From contig OZ004612.1 in assembly GCA_963924565.1 (NCBI GenBank), positions 29,636,001 to 29,700,000 of the forward strand: DNA of 64,000 nucleotides. Reading direction: 5' to 3'. Origin of the DNA: Ascidiella aspersa. Its lineage: Eukaryota. This document shows, piece after piece, positions 13,911 through 28,800 of the stretch. The translations under genes and the position numbers were made by a program. The notes under the pieces are model-generated. The model saw only the letters and a program-made list of their open reading frames with translations, was not told the DNA's origin and made no database searches. How positions within the stretch are numbered: the first letter of the stretch is position 1; each line of letters opens with the position of its first letter.

Positions 13911-15235
13911 GCTTTCGCGACTCTTGTGCCTACCAAACAGACTCGAGCAAGCCGACAACGGAATTTCACGGTCAACCACGGTTCACTCGTAGCATTAACG
14001 AGATGGCCTCTGCTGATTAACAGCACCTTGGGGAGCACAGGCCTTTTGCTAAGTGAGGATTCGTGTATTTGTAAGGTCACCATGTTCAACCACTTATGTC
14101 GTTGCTGCTTATAAGATCTAGTGGCGTATGTGGTTCAATTTTGCCGCTTGTTGGAATGCACCAAAGGCCACTGCAAAAGACCCACGGGGCACTACGAGTT
14201 TGATGCATTTGCAAATGCTCTGGGTGGGCCAAGGACGTGATTCTAATCGTGATATTCAATTGATTTCTGGCAATGCAAACACACTAAGCTCTATTGCCAT
14301 GGGGTCCATCAACCACCATAATGTACTTGATTGAATGGCCGCTCCTAAAATGCGCATTTACTTCTAGGAGGATGGTTTAGGTTGTTTTTAAACGTTAAAA
14401 AATAAACGTCTATGCATTTTCTGCTTTGCAAAGCCATTAGCGACGAAATGGAAGTCGTGGCTTTGCCAGCTTGGCTTAGTGACTGTAGGTAGGGTCTTTT
14501 CGCGGTTCTTGTCCTATTTTTGTGCTCTTTCAAGTTGTCCAGTTGCACAAAATAAACTGAATCTTGAATTCCTCATTTACAAAGGGATTTTTATATTTCT
14601 GTGTTTGGTGCAACTCTGTTAGGGTTAAGTGCACTCAGTACTATGATTTAAGACCCGTGCCATTTAACAGTATACCGTTAGACTTTTACAGGTTTATTCA
14701 AATAGGACTAAGGAAGTAATCTTTTCAAAATCACCACAGAATCAGGGATCAAAAATAGCTCAAACACATGTGAAATTCATGGCAGAAAATCATACATTTC
14801 CTCGAACATATTTTACGCATTTCACAGACAGGTTCGAAAAATTGTTTTTTGGTTACCGAGTCGTTGTTTCCTCGTGTGTACCTGTTAATGTCGCAACAGG
14901 TTTGCCGACGTATAAGACCAGGGCTTAATGTTTAACCTTTGTTTAACTTGTGATAAACTGTATCGTTATAGGCACACGAGTTATAAGCTAAGCACTACAA
15001 GCTGAAGTAGGCAATCCTCAATACGTTACCCATAACATGTTTTGTAGGCCTCATATGGTACGAACGCTTAAATATTGAAAACGTTAAATTAACGTTACCC
15101 ACTTTTGCTTGGTTTTATTTTTCCGTTTCAGGATTTTATAGGAACATTTCACGTATTTACGTTGCGCTATGCCTTCCCAGAGTTATACCTCAACGAACTA
15201 CAACACTACATGCGTATAAAATGTAGCTTACTTAC

Positions 15236-15287
15236 CGAATGTAACTTGTAGGCAGGTCCACAGTAAAGCAGTGTGAAGAAAATACAT
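15236..15287 (-). CDS. Putative first coding exon (signal peptide MYFLHTALLWTCLQVTF, phase 1) of a second, unidentified secreted or membrane protein gene running off the left end
   Basis: ATG at 15287, 17 mostly hydrophobic codons, then a perfect donor G|GTAAGT. Upstream AG acceptor candidates lie at about 15343 and 15363. No downstream exon was identified in 1-15235. Confidence 0.45.
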
Positions 15288-17619
15288 CCCGTCTTTTGGT
15301 TATAATCTCAAGTTCACAGTGAAGCAAGTTATTCGCATAATCGCTGTAGTTAGACTACATATTCTAAACAAATTCAAAGTTCGTTTGTAAGTATCTTGTA
15401 GATTGTAAATGATGCTACGTACTTCACAACACAGAGCCTTGTTTTATTCTCTTTTAACTAAGAGTAATAAGAATATCGAAGCTTATACAGAAGAAGCTAT
15501 CATTTTGAATGTTTTGAATTAGTCTTTATTCATTTTCAACATCTACGAGTGTTTTATAAAAACCGAAACCGTTGGCAGCAGATTTCTACTTGTTTCTAAC
15601 TGCTCCTCTAACGCGTATATCTTGTATTTCACTTCTTATTTTTGAAACTGTGTTTCACTTCTTACTACAAAATACCTAACATGTGTTTTGTCGAACTGAC
15701 ATGGTTTCATTTCCAACCCACTGATCGAAGTTAAAGCAGCTTAATGGTTCAAAAACCTGATGCATAATGGTTAAAGGTTTTAGTTGGACGTAGTAAAAAA
15801 ATCAAAGCTCATATAGAAGTGGTTTGCATTTGGTACGTTTCAAATAACTCTTTATTCAGTTTCAACATGGTCTTTAGAGGGGCTTTGGTATTCTTACTAC
15901 ATCTGATAACTTTGAGTTATAATATTAAGATTTGCTGTTTGATCTGAACTGGTAGCGCGTTTTGTGTTGAACTAAAATGATTTTATCCATCTCGCTAATC
16001 TGAGTTAAAGCAGCTAAATCATTGAATAACCTAAAAGCGGAAACAACGGATGGTGTTCAAACGGTCCAAAGGATCGCCCTGATTAATACATCCCATTGTC
16101 CACATAAAAACTAACCTCATTTTGCACGTCTGTCCTTTGCATTAAAGTACAACCGAGGCAATACGAGTGTACGTAGATCCTGCTTTGTGTCCGTATGCCT
16201 TCAGCAAACACCACAAACTATGGAGAGCCAGACACCTCGACTACACGTATACCACAGGCGTTTAAAACTGTCTGATCTGTACAACTGATCAACACTTATC
16301 GCCTAATCTTCACGGCTTTCTGATTGTCACATGTCGTCGTACATTAAAGGAATTGGGAAAGTACCGGCCATTACTAACTGGGAAACCCCTATCTGTGTGT
16401 AAATTGATATGCCGGGTACTAGAAGTTGATTTATAGACGGGTTGTTCCAATTCACTATACGCAATTCGGTCAGAAAAAGCATTTTTTTACCATTTATCCC
16501 GCTAAGGAATAAAGTACCATATTTTGTTTTAATTATAAACCTTTAAAATACGGATAAATCTGAGAAATAAAGGCGGTATGGCGGCCCTGACGTATAACCT
16601 AATTGACTTAGCCATTTCGACTGCGCACTGCTGTCGTTTAATAGGTTTTCCTGCCATTTTATCATACAATTCGCACACAGCAGTGCTGCTTAAAATCTCC
16701 TTTTGTTCAACTTTCTTTCATCGCATTTTTTCCACAAACTGTTGAAAAACGGCAAAAAAACGACAATTGGAAGGTGCTTTGAAATGACTGTTTAAGCCAA
16801 TTTGGTCTAAGCGCGTAATGTGAAAAAAATGACAGGGAGGCAGCGAGCCAAATCGGGCTTCTTTTGTCGTTTTCTGCCTTCGCCTGACCTCGCAAAATTC
16901 TGAATAGCTGTGTTGGGGGATTAGCTGGTTAGTATTTTATTTCCCGGGCTTGTAGCGAAAGCGCGACTACCGCGGCGTCTATTGTGCCAAACCTAAGATT
17001 CGGTCGCTGATAGTAATGATCAGCCTGTCTGGCGCTTTCACGCAACACTATTGCCGTCTTTTGTTGATGATCTGCCATTAAGGAATAGTCTATTGAAGTG
17101 GGGATGGCGCCTTCTCGAAAAGAAACACTTTCGCATTCGGACTTTTGTATTTGTGCGCGAAACAACATTTCCCGATAACATAACGCACCTATAATGGATA
17201 TTCTGTAGTTTTTTTCTTTTCAAGGCGGCTTTCACAATGCAGTGTGGTTAGCACTTAAAAGAACAGCTTGGATTTTAGGTTTCGATGTTCGGTAGTTTTA
17301 CCGTAGACTTTCACATCGCAAATATATTCCTCTAACTGTCAAAACTCACGTCTTAAAAAAAATTAAGCCTTCATTTACCCTTCCGCATGTGTGTTTGTGC
17401 GTTACGCTGTCTTTTTAACAAAAGACTAAGTTTGCTTTAACTGTGTAGTTAAAGCTGTGACTTAAAAAAAAGCTATAAAATTTGTACATTTCGTTGAAAA
17501 GGCACTCTGTTAGACAACACGAATTGGTTTTCGGTTTCCAAGTTTTGTAGTAAATTTAACCCTGAAGAATTTTTACTAATTTTAATGAGAAAAAAATTCT
17601 AACCAACTTTTTTCTTTTA

Positions 17620-18160
17620 ACCTGCTAGTTTTTCGTCATATATTAGGATAATCCAAAATTTCAAACCACCACTTTTAAAACTGACTTCACTTTTCGCAAA
17701 CCTTTACAACATTTGCTTAACTCAAATCCACATTTTAGCATAAGTGTTTTTACAGCTAATCATGTCGGTTAAATTTAAATAATTTGTGTCCAACTTTTTA
17801 CTACGACTTCTAGTCGTTTAACATGTTGTTTTTTTGTCAAATATTGAACTTTACAATAATCCACAATTCCTTAAAATCACTGTTAAAACTGACCCGACTT
17901 CCGCCTTACCTTACAACAGCCACTAAAGTCGAACCGACATTCACGTTTAAGCAATAATTTTGTTACTGCTGGTTATGTCGATTATATTGGAATCGTTTTC
18001 GTAACCAACTGATAACTGCGCCTTCGTTTCTTTCAATCTGCTATTTTTTCTTTATATATTAAACTTAACGATAATCCATAATTCCCTTTAAAATCTGATA
18101 AAACTGAACCGACATCCGCCTAACCTTTACAACAGCCACTAAACTCGAATCGACATTCAC
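17620..18160. repeat. Diverged tandem triplication of about 210 bp
   Basis: ATAATCCA...AAAACTGA...TTACAACA repeated three times. Confidence 0.8.
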
Positions 18161-21100
18161 CTGAAGCCCTAGCCAGCAAAACAAACAGGCCTTTTTGCAC
18201 TTGCCCCGCAAATGTAAACACGGGGTGTCACTCAGCAAACAGAAACCCTAGCGCCAGCCTTTCCCGACAAAATCCCAGTGTAAGGCTTTCCTTAGCTCGC
18301 TTCCTCGACTCAATAGGGCCAGAAAGCGAAAAAGGCGCCTTTAGTTGGCGACTGCGGCCGCGGCGTCAAGTTTTATGGCTTACTGCCGGGATTAACGGAT
18401 CCCTTATTTCATTAACGCCCGTCGGTAAATCACTTCGGAACTGCTGCTGTTGTTGCTACTAGGATGCTTTCAAAGTATGTAGCTCTGAGTTGGGCCCTTA
18501 ATAAATTGCCTTGGCTGCAAATGACAGTTGTGGGCCGCGCTTAAGGTTTTGCAAGTGTGAACAAATCAATGCCTAATGGTGTTGGTCATGGTTAGGGATT
18601 ATCTTTAGCCTAATGTGATGCACATTTTATCTCCTATATTTTTTCAAGGAGGTAGACTATACGGTGATCGTATAGTTTAAAATGGACAAGTGGCTTAATG
18701 TTTAAAAGAGTTAATAGTTACTCTTTCAAGCGTTACACATTTAGGTTTCCCAAAATATGTCTCGAAAGTTTTGTTTGACATGTTTATATTGAAAGCACCT
18801 CCATACTATTACACACTTGTTGCGACAAAAACTACAGACTGAGTTTTGATGGCTAACTAAATTTGATTAGAAATACAAAAATGTTTTGCTTTGAAACGAC
18901 CACAAATCGAGGTCAAGAATTGTAGGCTGCCAATAAATATTTGTTTGATTTTATTGGATTTTCTTATGAAGCCTTTGCTGAGCAGTCATCTTTTTAAAGA
19001 GTTTCGTTTTTGTCATGAAAAAAAAACGAGAAACAAAAAATTCGCCCGACGAACGTGCGCCTTAATGCTATGCATTTTGATTAAAAAACAGTTGCCTACT
19101 CAATCTTTTTAGACCTTTGCCACTAAAAAATGTAAATTTAAATATATGAAATAAGTTTTTCTTTAACCCTTTAAAAAGTAATCAAAAGTTTTTCACCTCA
19201 AAAAAACACCACATTAAATAAAATGTAACATTTCTTAATTTAAACGCGCGTTTTGAACGGTAAGAGGGTGGTAGAACTGTATAGTATTTCCCAGTGATAG
19301 AAGGGTTGCAATTAACGGGCAAGTGTTTATTTCAAGGCCAGCCTCGATTAAGTTATCATTGATTGGGGACTGGATTAACGGCCCTTTCATTACGCTGCAA
19401 AGCATGGCGAAACCGGCATGGCCAGAAATCAATACTATACTGTTATTGAAATGTTTCGCTCACCATCTGCGTAGTTTAGAGGCAATGTGGCCCACAACTT
19501 TCAGTTTGTGATTTTTTTAGTGAACTCATTAACTTTTTGTCGTTTTAAAAATGTAATTGCTATAAAACAAGATTTTGTCATTTTTTATATTAATTTTTCC
19601 TACTCCACAAATAAGGATATGGCATTAATTTTTTACGTGTTCCTTTGTTAAAACTGAGATAGGTTTAAATTTGCTCAAAGTACATATTAACTAATCATTA
19701 GGTAAAATATTTTTTAGTTACTTTAAAGCAGCCTAATTTCTGGGCGTTTTCGTAACCAATGACGTAAGTGATGAACTTTGGTTTCTGGAAATAAAAACAG
19801 CGACGTGGCGTTCAAGTTCAAATAACAGTTGGTGTGATTAGAAGGGCACACAACCATGCATATTTCAAACTAGCGACCGCCAATAGCAAGCTTATTCAAA
19901 CCAAGATCAGCGTCCAAGATAGTGTCGGCCTGTTTCCTTGACTTAAAATACACTGAAGCCAGGCTTACGAAAAGTAATTCTACGAAAATCTAGAAAAGTG
20001 TCGCTGTGTACTGGCACATAACTATAGCCTGTAAGCCTAAATTACATTGTTTGCATGACGTTGTTACTAAACACTCACATCTACCAACGTTCTGCGATTT
20101 ATAATAACCGTTTTTTTTTACATTGAGATACTAACGCACTGTCAAACTATAGGTAGCCTTAAAATACAAGTTTGGCAATTTCCTAACTCTAAGAGTAGAG
20201 TCCCAAACATCTACGGACAAATTATTCTCTTAATTTATACTTTTCTTCTACAGCTTATCTTTTATTATATTTTTTCTTTTTTTAGCAGTTTATTTAACTT
20301 CGAAATTCCTTTTGAAATTCCTTTTTTTCCTGAAAATGGGCCCGCGTGGCGTTGTATTGAACAAGAATTTCCACAATCGTGCTATTTTATTTAACAAAGG
20401 AAGTCCAATACATCGCAAAGGCGACTTGTATAGATTTTTTAAGTTAATGACTGAACTGCTTTAACTGAACTGAGTATAAAGATATAACGATGCATCGCCC
20501 TCTTAAAAGACTCATTAGCTTTAATACCATAACAAGACGCTTTCAACATAACTTTCAGAAATCAAAAAGACAATGAAAATTACAAAATATTTCGGTTGTA
20601 AAGATGTTACCAGGTTTCAAATTAAGCGTTACCGAGTCTTAATTATGCTTATAAATATTTTTAAAGGAACTTATAGGTTCAAAACAGGCCCCGGTTTTGC
20701 GTATCATGCGATACAGGTATCTTTTATAAATACTTTGGGCCTACTAAAACGACATTTATTTACAACAACCAGAACATTTTTATATTTTAAATGGATTACT
20801 AAAGACAACAGCATTAGAATAAGTATAAATATACACGTTCTTAGTAACGGTGGGTGGAAGATTAGCTTTCAAGGAATTTAGTTCAGTTAAAAGAGTCATC
20901 CCTTTTTTTGAAAAACACTTTTCGAATTAGCGTAACTTGCTACACAGGTCTTTTCTTATACAGTAAAAATTAGTATGTTATCGACAACCTAAATAATATC
21001 ATTAAGTTCGCCAAATTGGTTTTAAATCTCACAAAGAAGACCCGTATTTCTGCCAAAATATATTTTTACTCGACCTTTGATTCCCTCTTTGGAAAACACA

Positions 21101-21502
21101 ACAACCCTGAATTGCCGAAACTTTCAACACAGGTCTACATTTTAAGGTGGAAAATAAAATAGTGAAGTTGCGACAACATTCGTAATGCGATTAAATACCC
21201 CAATGTAGGTTTTAAATCTTATAAAAAAGACCCGAATTTCCTGTAAAGTTGTGTGAGATCAAGTGCATCCCAGAGGCTCTAGTTCACACTGGCCCATAAA
21301 TTATTAAAACCGGACCGTCAGTGCAACCGTATAGTCCCACTGGTGTCTGCTGATGCCGGCCTTGTGATATATTTCGTTTACCTTTGTCGTATTCCCGTGT
21401 CTATATGAATGGCGTCTTATTAAATATTCATGCTGTGATGGCGTGGCGTAAGTGGAATGAAAAATCCGGCAACCCAATATGTGATGTAAGGCCGGAAGAA
21501 GA

Positions 21503-21830
21503 TATGTAATTAGGCGCATGCCAGACATATCCGCCTTTCTTTTAATGTGATTGTCTTGTACTCTAAAACCCGTACGGAAAATCTTTTTGGTGTGGAATTG
21601 GTTCTTGGTTGAAATATCTTGGTAAAAAAAAAATCCGCAATTGTTCAAAATAATAAATTAAAAGACGGTATGTAATTAGGCGCATGCCAGACATATCCGC
21701 CTTTCTCTTAATGTGATTGTTTTGTACTCTAAAACCCTCACGGAAAATCTATTTGATGAGAAATTGCGGTTCTTGGTTGACATATCTCAGTGAAAAAAAA
21801 TCCGCAATTGTTTAAAATCATAAATAAAAA
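21503..21830. repeat. Recent tandem duplication of about 166 bp
   Basis: TATGTAATTAGGCGCATGCCAGACATATCCGCCTTTCT is identical in both copies. Confidence 0.9.
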
Positions 21831-22049
21831 CAGAAAAAAAATTATCTTTGTTTAAGCCTTGTAAACATTTGGAAATTCGAAAAAAAATCCACTTAAATCT
21901 CTTAGTTGTCTGTAACTTGTCGAAAAAGAGGAAATTCGTTTCAAAAACCTTATGCTTAAGTTAAATTTAAATCTCTTAAAAAAAAATCATGAATTTATAA
22001 TCTATACGCTAGTAATAAGCTTCCGCCATTTTAGGGCGGCGTAAATTCA

Positions 22050-22730
22050 CAGACAATCATATTGATTCGTCTTTTATTTGTGATTTACGGAAGGCGCACG
22101 TACATAAATACTTCGTCAATAAAATTATATCTCGTAACACTGTGCGAAATATAGGACAGTAAACCTTGATTTAATGGAAACGCGCAAAGTTATAAACGCT
22201 TAAAAGATTGTGTAACTTGTATATTTTTATTTTACCACTACAAGTGCTTGGACAAACAAATAAAGTACACCTTCAAAACAAAAACAGTAAACTAACACGA
22301 AAAGGAACTTTTTTGCGCGATTAAAAATACACCGAGTCAATGGCATTTAAATAAATAAAACAACCAACATAGAAAATAGGAATCAAATCGATTACGATAA
22401 AAATTGGTGACCAAATTGTTTAGATTATTTTCCTAAATCAAAATCAAACACTTTAAGTAGAAAGGAAAAACGTTCAACAAAACAATTAAAACAGGAATAT
22501 TTGGAAGAAAACGAAAAAATGTTTTTCTCTGTTTTACAAATTTCCTAAAATATTGTGATTTTTGTTTTCGCTTCGGGTGTTATTGTATTATTTCTGTTTT
22601 ATTCTATTTTAAAAGAATTTAAAGATTTATTTAATTTAAGAAGCAAACATCCTGTTTTATGCGCGGAAGTTCAATAAAACGTCTAAAACCTGTATTGTTG
22701 TGATGTTGTGCATCGAAACTTAAAGGTTGT
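22050..22730 (-). other. Probable IGSF9 3'UTR with several AATAAA candidates (e.g. 22598-22603, 22073-22078)
   Basis: U-rich sequence follows the stop codon. The polyadenylation site cannot be determined from sequence alone. Confidence 0.4.
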
Positions 22731-22839
22731 TCACAAATTGTGCCTATCTCTGTCCCGTTCCTCCCTTATTTGTTGCATCTGATCAGCTTGAGCTTGAAGC
22801 TGGCGAAAGTACAAAAACTCCTGCCGCAAGACGGCGCAC
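22731..22839 (-). CDS. IGSF9: IGSF9 last coding exon (RCAVLRQEFLYFRQ...RHNL*)
   Basis: Acceptor ctcag, phase 2, TGA at 22731-22733. Conserved RCAxLRxEFL helix. Confidence 0.9.
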
Positions 22840-25800
22840 CTGAGCACGTTAAAATTATTGGTTAAATTTATCTGGAAACACAGAAGTTAGTACTGTTTTA
22901 TGACCTTGGCAAAAGGCCAATAAATCGTATTGAGAATGTTTTTTATTTCTGTTTGTTAAAATTGGTATTCTATTTATTTATTCATTGTTGATCGTTTGAT
23001 ATGGAATACGTGTATGTTCTATATATTCAATTATTTTGCAGCTTTAAATCTAGTGCGAGAAATAGCACGTAATATTGTTGGTTAATCACCTGAGCACGTA
23101 AAATTAAAGCCTATAAATCTTATTGTTTATCTGGGCGAATATTTTTTATTGCCTATTTTAATTAGAATGGGTATTTCATTTATTTATATGTTGTTGATAG
23201 ATTGGTATAGGATACGTGTTGTGTCCTCTATACTTGTTTGCAGCATTAAATGTAACGCGAGAAATATAGAACTTATGCAGCATTATAAGTAAATAGCTAG
23301 ATGTATGAAGCTCCGGTTATGGCATTTAATTTTAACATTTGGTTACATGTTTGTTAACATTTGGTTGGATGTTTATTGCGTTAATCTTTAGTATAGTTAG
23401 TACCTTCTCTCTATATCTTGTCTTGTTTGGTCATCGCTATCGTCATTCGATCCAGTTGTGCCCTAAAGTATGAAACATACAGTAGATTTGATAAGTGATT
23501 CTGGTTGGAAAATAATTTTTAAAACTGGCTTGTTTTTGTTACACATTATATAGTTACGAATAACTTGCTTCGCACAAATTTCGTTTCTTATATGATTGCT
23601 CATTTCAAGTTACCTGAGGTAAAAGCAAAGGTTTAAAAGGTGGATTTCAAAATGGTTTCTGTAATACACACTTTATCGATTTCTAACAGATTTGGGGGTA
23701 ATTTAAATCTTCCTAAAGTCATTATACTAGTTAGCATTTGTCTTGTCGGATAGCATTGTCTCGTTAAAAAGTAATACTCAGTTCATGTAAAGCGGGAATA
23801 CCTATTTCATTTTTCATTACATTGTATGAATTTATTTCCACTCACAAATGGCGAAGTTATCTTTCTTGCTGCAGAAGGGCTACGTGGGCTTCTCTGATTG
23901 GTTGATGATCGCCTTGTGTTTGCGTCACCAGCGAACTTTAGAAGCTCATCGCGTAATTCCTGAAAGTGAGAGGAAAATTAGAGATGGAAAATCGAATGGT
24001 GTTCCTGTTTGGGTATTCATTTCGTAAAATTTATGTTTTGGTTTAACATAAGTTTTACACTAATTTCCAGTTTGTCAATAGCATAATATAAATTTAAAGT
24101 AATCGCTTAAAATGGAGTTTTTGGCATACTGGAAATACTGCTTAAGAAGTTTATCACGTAATTCCTAAAATTAACGGAAATACATTGAGATGGCAAGATT
24201 AATGCAATGCCAAACTTTGAATGGATGTTTACAATATATTACGGAATTATTTTTTATTAAAAACATTTGGACGACTATGAGTGTCGCTAATTAACCTCTT
24301 GCGGCGTTGAGGTTTGTTTTGTGAATTTTTTTATTACTTTTTTTATCACTTTATATTGAATGAGAATCCTGATACGTCTCTAAGTGCGCTATTAACATTT
24401 CAACTCAGAATAATCTGACTTTGAAACTGTTTAGACATAAACATTGTGGATTTTGTCCAAATCACAAAACTATTTCACAGTGCATGTTTTTTTTTCTTTT
24501 AAATTAACTTAAAGCTATTTAATCAACTCACAGCCGACAATGTAGAAGTAGGCTTGCTGCTCTCAAACTTTCTCAAGGCCTCCAGAATCTCAGATTCCAT
24601 CGCAAACTCTGAATCCCACTCGTAGTTGTCTTCTATGGAAGAGTTGTCACGCCGGGATCTACAAGTGTGCAAGTTCAATTAGTACAAATTTTTATGGCTA
24701 ACTTGTTTTTCAATTTTTTTTACCTTTCTGATTGCGCTCTACCGCCACCGGGCGACAGTTGTATGGTATCTTGTGTGACGTAGCCACTGCTCAGCGACTC
24801 TCCGTGCGACGAGCGATGACGTCGCATGGTTGGTGACGTCACTCGTGACGAAGGCAGTGATGACGAATGCCCGGACAAAATTTGTTCAGGACCTGAACCT
24901 ATAGAAAACATTTGGTTAGGGATGGAATTTAATCCTGTAACGCAGGGATGTCCAACATGAGGCACGCGTGCCAAATGTGACACGCGACCTAGTACAAAAT
25001 GGCACGCAAGCCCCCCTAAAAATACAGCCAATTGTCAAAAAAGTTAAATTTGTTATAGCCAATTGTTATTGTTGATTCACAATACAATCCCAGCAATTAC
25101 GACAACAAACAACTAATGATATTATAACATTATACTGTTTTCATATTTTGTACAAAAGCGCTTTTAATATTACAATAAAATAGTTGCTAAACTGTGGCAC
25201 GGAAAGAAATTATAAAATAAAAATTAGCACGTCGGCATGTTTGAGTTGGACACCCCTGCTGTAACGCTTTTATTATTGTCAATCGGTTTTGGAAATTATG
25301 ACGTCACGAATTTTTAGTCGAATAATATGACGTCATAAAAGGATGCGAAAAGTCAAAGCAAAAAAAGTTGGCGGTATAAAGAAGTAGCTTATACTTTTAT
25401 GTCAGTGGTTCTTAAGCGGGTTGTCGCAGCACATTTTTAATGCTTAAGGGTGCCGAGAGATATTTGAGAATCTTTAAGAATCAGATTTTTGCTTAACTCT
25501 TACAACTTTTTGGGTAAGATTAGAGTGGAATAAATCCAATTATAACGTCCTACGTTGTGTAGATTTGATAAAACCGTTTGGTTTGCTTGCTCAACTTCAA
25601 TTATTCCCTATTTTTCTATCCCAGTTCCGTTTATTTTGACATTCTAGTGAATTACCTACAGAAAATCTTGAAGGGGGTGCCGCAATCTTTATTATTTCGG
25701 AGGGGTGCCGCTAGCCATAAAAGGTTGAGAAATACTGTTTTAGCTATGCCAAATTTAGCGAAAAATGTTTTCTAGCATATCGTTAGGCATACTGTGAGTA

Positions 25801-28800
25801 ATGAATATAATGTTAAGCTTTTGGAATTACGCCAGTTTGTTTAATGTTCATTTATTAGAGTTATATAAGTTAAGTTACCTGTGCTTCCATCCAGCACGTT
25901 TGGGGTTGACGTCTCCGGTCGATTGCGCAACTTCGTCTGTAGATTGCGCAATTCGTTTCCAGCGGGCGGTTTGGCGTGTATTCTTTGCGCTAACATTTCC
26001 TCCCTATTCCTAAATGCCTTGGTGGGCGAATTAGGCAAAGATCTTCTTCCTTGCCTGGATTTCAAAATGATCTGATCGTTTGTTCCTTGCGTAAAGGAAA
26101 ACGACAAACTCTTCTTCTGCACTCCTAAATGTTCACGTGGTGGCGCCACCGAGCGTACAGGAAGGGAGAGATTTTGTAATCTCGAAGTCCGACCTAGGCT
26201 GCCCCAATGCTGCTGCCATTTCGTTGAACTTGTAGCACTCTGCTGCTGTTTTGAACTGATGGCGCCCACAGACATTATCGGGCTTGTCGTTTTTAGCGGG
26301 CTGTGATTGGGCGAGACGCACGATGACGTAGTGCCGAACGAACCAATCGTGTCGCTCTTTCGAACTGCGTCCCAAGAAATGTCAGCAATCGATATCATGG
26401 TCGGTTTAGGGACTTCACTGTAGATTCTGTTCGAATCCCTTTTTCTTTGCTTTTCTCCTTGTAAATAATCCCTATACTTGCTGCGATCGTGGGTGAATCC
26501 CCGCATAGGAGAAGGCGCGTTCTGCTGGGAACACTGACCCTTGGTCAAAGGCGACGTAACGCTTTGTGCGCGACTTCGCGAAGGTGGTCTCCTTACTTTC
26601 TTTTCAACTTCGGAGTCGGATGCGAACAAGTTTTGAGAGTTGTTGTGCTCCGGGCTCAACAGCGCCTCTAGCGACACTCGCTTGTGGCGGTCGTGTGCTG
26701 CCCTCTGGTGGTAAGTCGAACCTCTCATGCGAACCTTAAAAGGAATTTGCTTGAATGTGAATTGGGAACTTGGAAACTAAAATATTTGAGATCCTATGCA
26801 GTTGTCATGTTCGAGATAGTAAAGTGTAATAAGTGATTTGATATTACGTGGATTCTATCGGCTAAGATACTAGAAGATATAGCTTAGTAGGAAAAATATA
26901 TTATATTGTGGTTTAGTGTTGTAATGACATGTTGAATGCAATGATTACATCTGTATAGTTGGGCTTTTAGTTCATACCATTTATCAATTTGTGACTTTTT
27001 GAAAAGAAAATGTCCTATTTATTTTAGTGAAGTGACTTAGATTATTGTTTAAACTAGATGCATCCATGTTTGCATTTTATAAAATAGTTGACACTGCTAA
27101 AAATATGTTGTATTAATAACATTGATAAGCTTTACACATTTTTTAAATTGTACAAGTATAGCTACTATCTGAGATTTTTTAAGTTAATAAAGCAAGTATA
27201 CATTATTTTAATTTTCAATCATAATTTGGCTAGATCAGTAATTAAAAATTTGCTTTTTCTATTGGTATTTTTGTTGTTGTTTGTTTGCTACATTTTATTG
27301 AAAATCAACATCCAGGTCCACAACACTTATGTTTTCTCAGTTTTATTCTATAGTTTGGTATACGCTTTGTACTTACTTCCATATCTGCCACTCTCGGTGT
27401 CAAACTTCTGCCGACGTTGTAATCCACAGGATCTGGTCCTTGTAGAAACAAACTATATTTCGTTACCGTGTGGTTGTTAGACATTTATCTCTTAAGCATT
27501 TATAATAATTTTCATAAGGTTATTTTTGCAGTCGAAGATTGAAATAGAAAAAGGTGACTTTTCTGATAAATCATTCTTTTTATACTAGATGTTTGTTTTT
27601 ACCCCAAGTTTTTTTTTTCTTATACTACATAATTGTTTTCTGAAACAGCAGAATAGTCAAGAAAACTAGAAATTCAGATCAGACACTGTTTATAGATTTT
27701 AAAAGACATATTTATTTTACAAGCAAAAGCATAGTCGGTATATTTTGTTAGTACATATATATATATCGTTTACATCTATAAATGGTCTCTTGCCTGAATT
27801 ACTAGGTTTACCAGACTATTCTGTTACCGATCAGGTATTGGGGTCAACAGTTATCTTGCAAGGGTCAAGGTAATATTTAATAACACATATTCAGTGCAAT
27901 ATTGCTTTCTCAAAATATCACTTGATTTGATTAACTAAGAACAAGCTTACTTTCGTTTATTATTCAAGTATTCTTAAAAATTCTTATAGCTTCAAACATG
28001 CACGTTTAGAAATTTACTCACCAACTTTATAGTTGTCACCCCGTTGCATCACAATCTGCTGATGCTGTGGATTACCTCCAGGAGCCTTTACAAAGCGCAC
28101 CTCGATGTCGCTATTACTGCAATCTATCTCCAAAGTGGGCGAATCATGGGAATTTCCCTCTCCACTCGAGAACGTCCGGTTATTCCCCTCAGTCGCTACT
28201 TGTTTATGCCTCTCACGATAGAAATCGAAGCTGTAGCTGGCCCGGGACCTCGGGCGCCGCAGGAACCGGTCCGGGCTTACCGACGCCGCGCGTCCCATTG
28301 TTGACGTCATAGACTTACGGTTCGGTTGAACTTTGACCGGCGACGAAGACAACAGGGGAAGGTGTTGCCCCGTCGGCTCGTCCACGTGACCTGTGACGTG
28401 GCAACCGACTATGATGTCATCGTCGACTGTATTATTTGAACTTCCGGTTGACGCGAAAGCGCCCTGCGTCACTTCCGCTGAATTTGCGCTCGTTATGACG
28501 CCGAAGCAGGATTCATCCACCGCGCACTCTGGCTCCACCTTGCGCCTGCGGTCGTCAAGCATGAGAAACCGCGTGGTGGCGCTGTTGTCTTCCAATTGTT
28601 TAAATTTCCTGGGATCGCACGATACCGTCTCGAATGTTCCTAAAGAAGAAAATAGAACTCTTTTACATTTGTTTGTTTATAGCAAAGATTCGTTGAACAA
28701 AATTTGAAAAATAAGATGTATAGGAATTTATTTGTTTTGAATTACTAAAAAGCATAATATAGAACTATACTGTCTTTAGTAATGGACTGCATTTTATTGC

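Noticed and set aside
23712-23745. Possible further ghost acceptors (23712 versus 23463; also about 28745 versus 28640)
   Set aside because: Similarity is too short and AT-rich to distinguish from chance; not counted.
27088-27480. 130-aa hydrophobic plus-strand ORF
   Set aside because: AT-rich intronic sequence antisense to a real exon; a compositional artefact.
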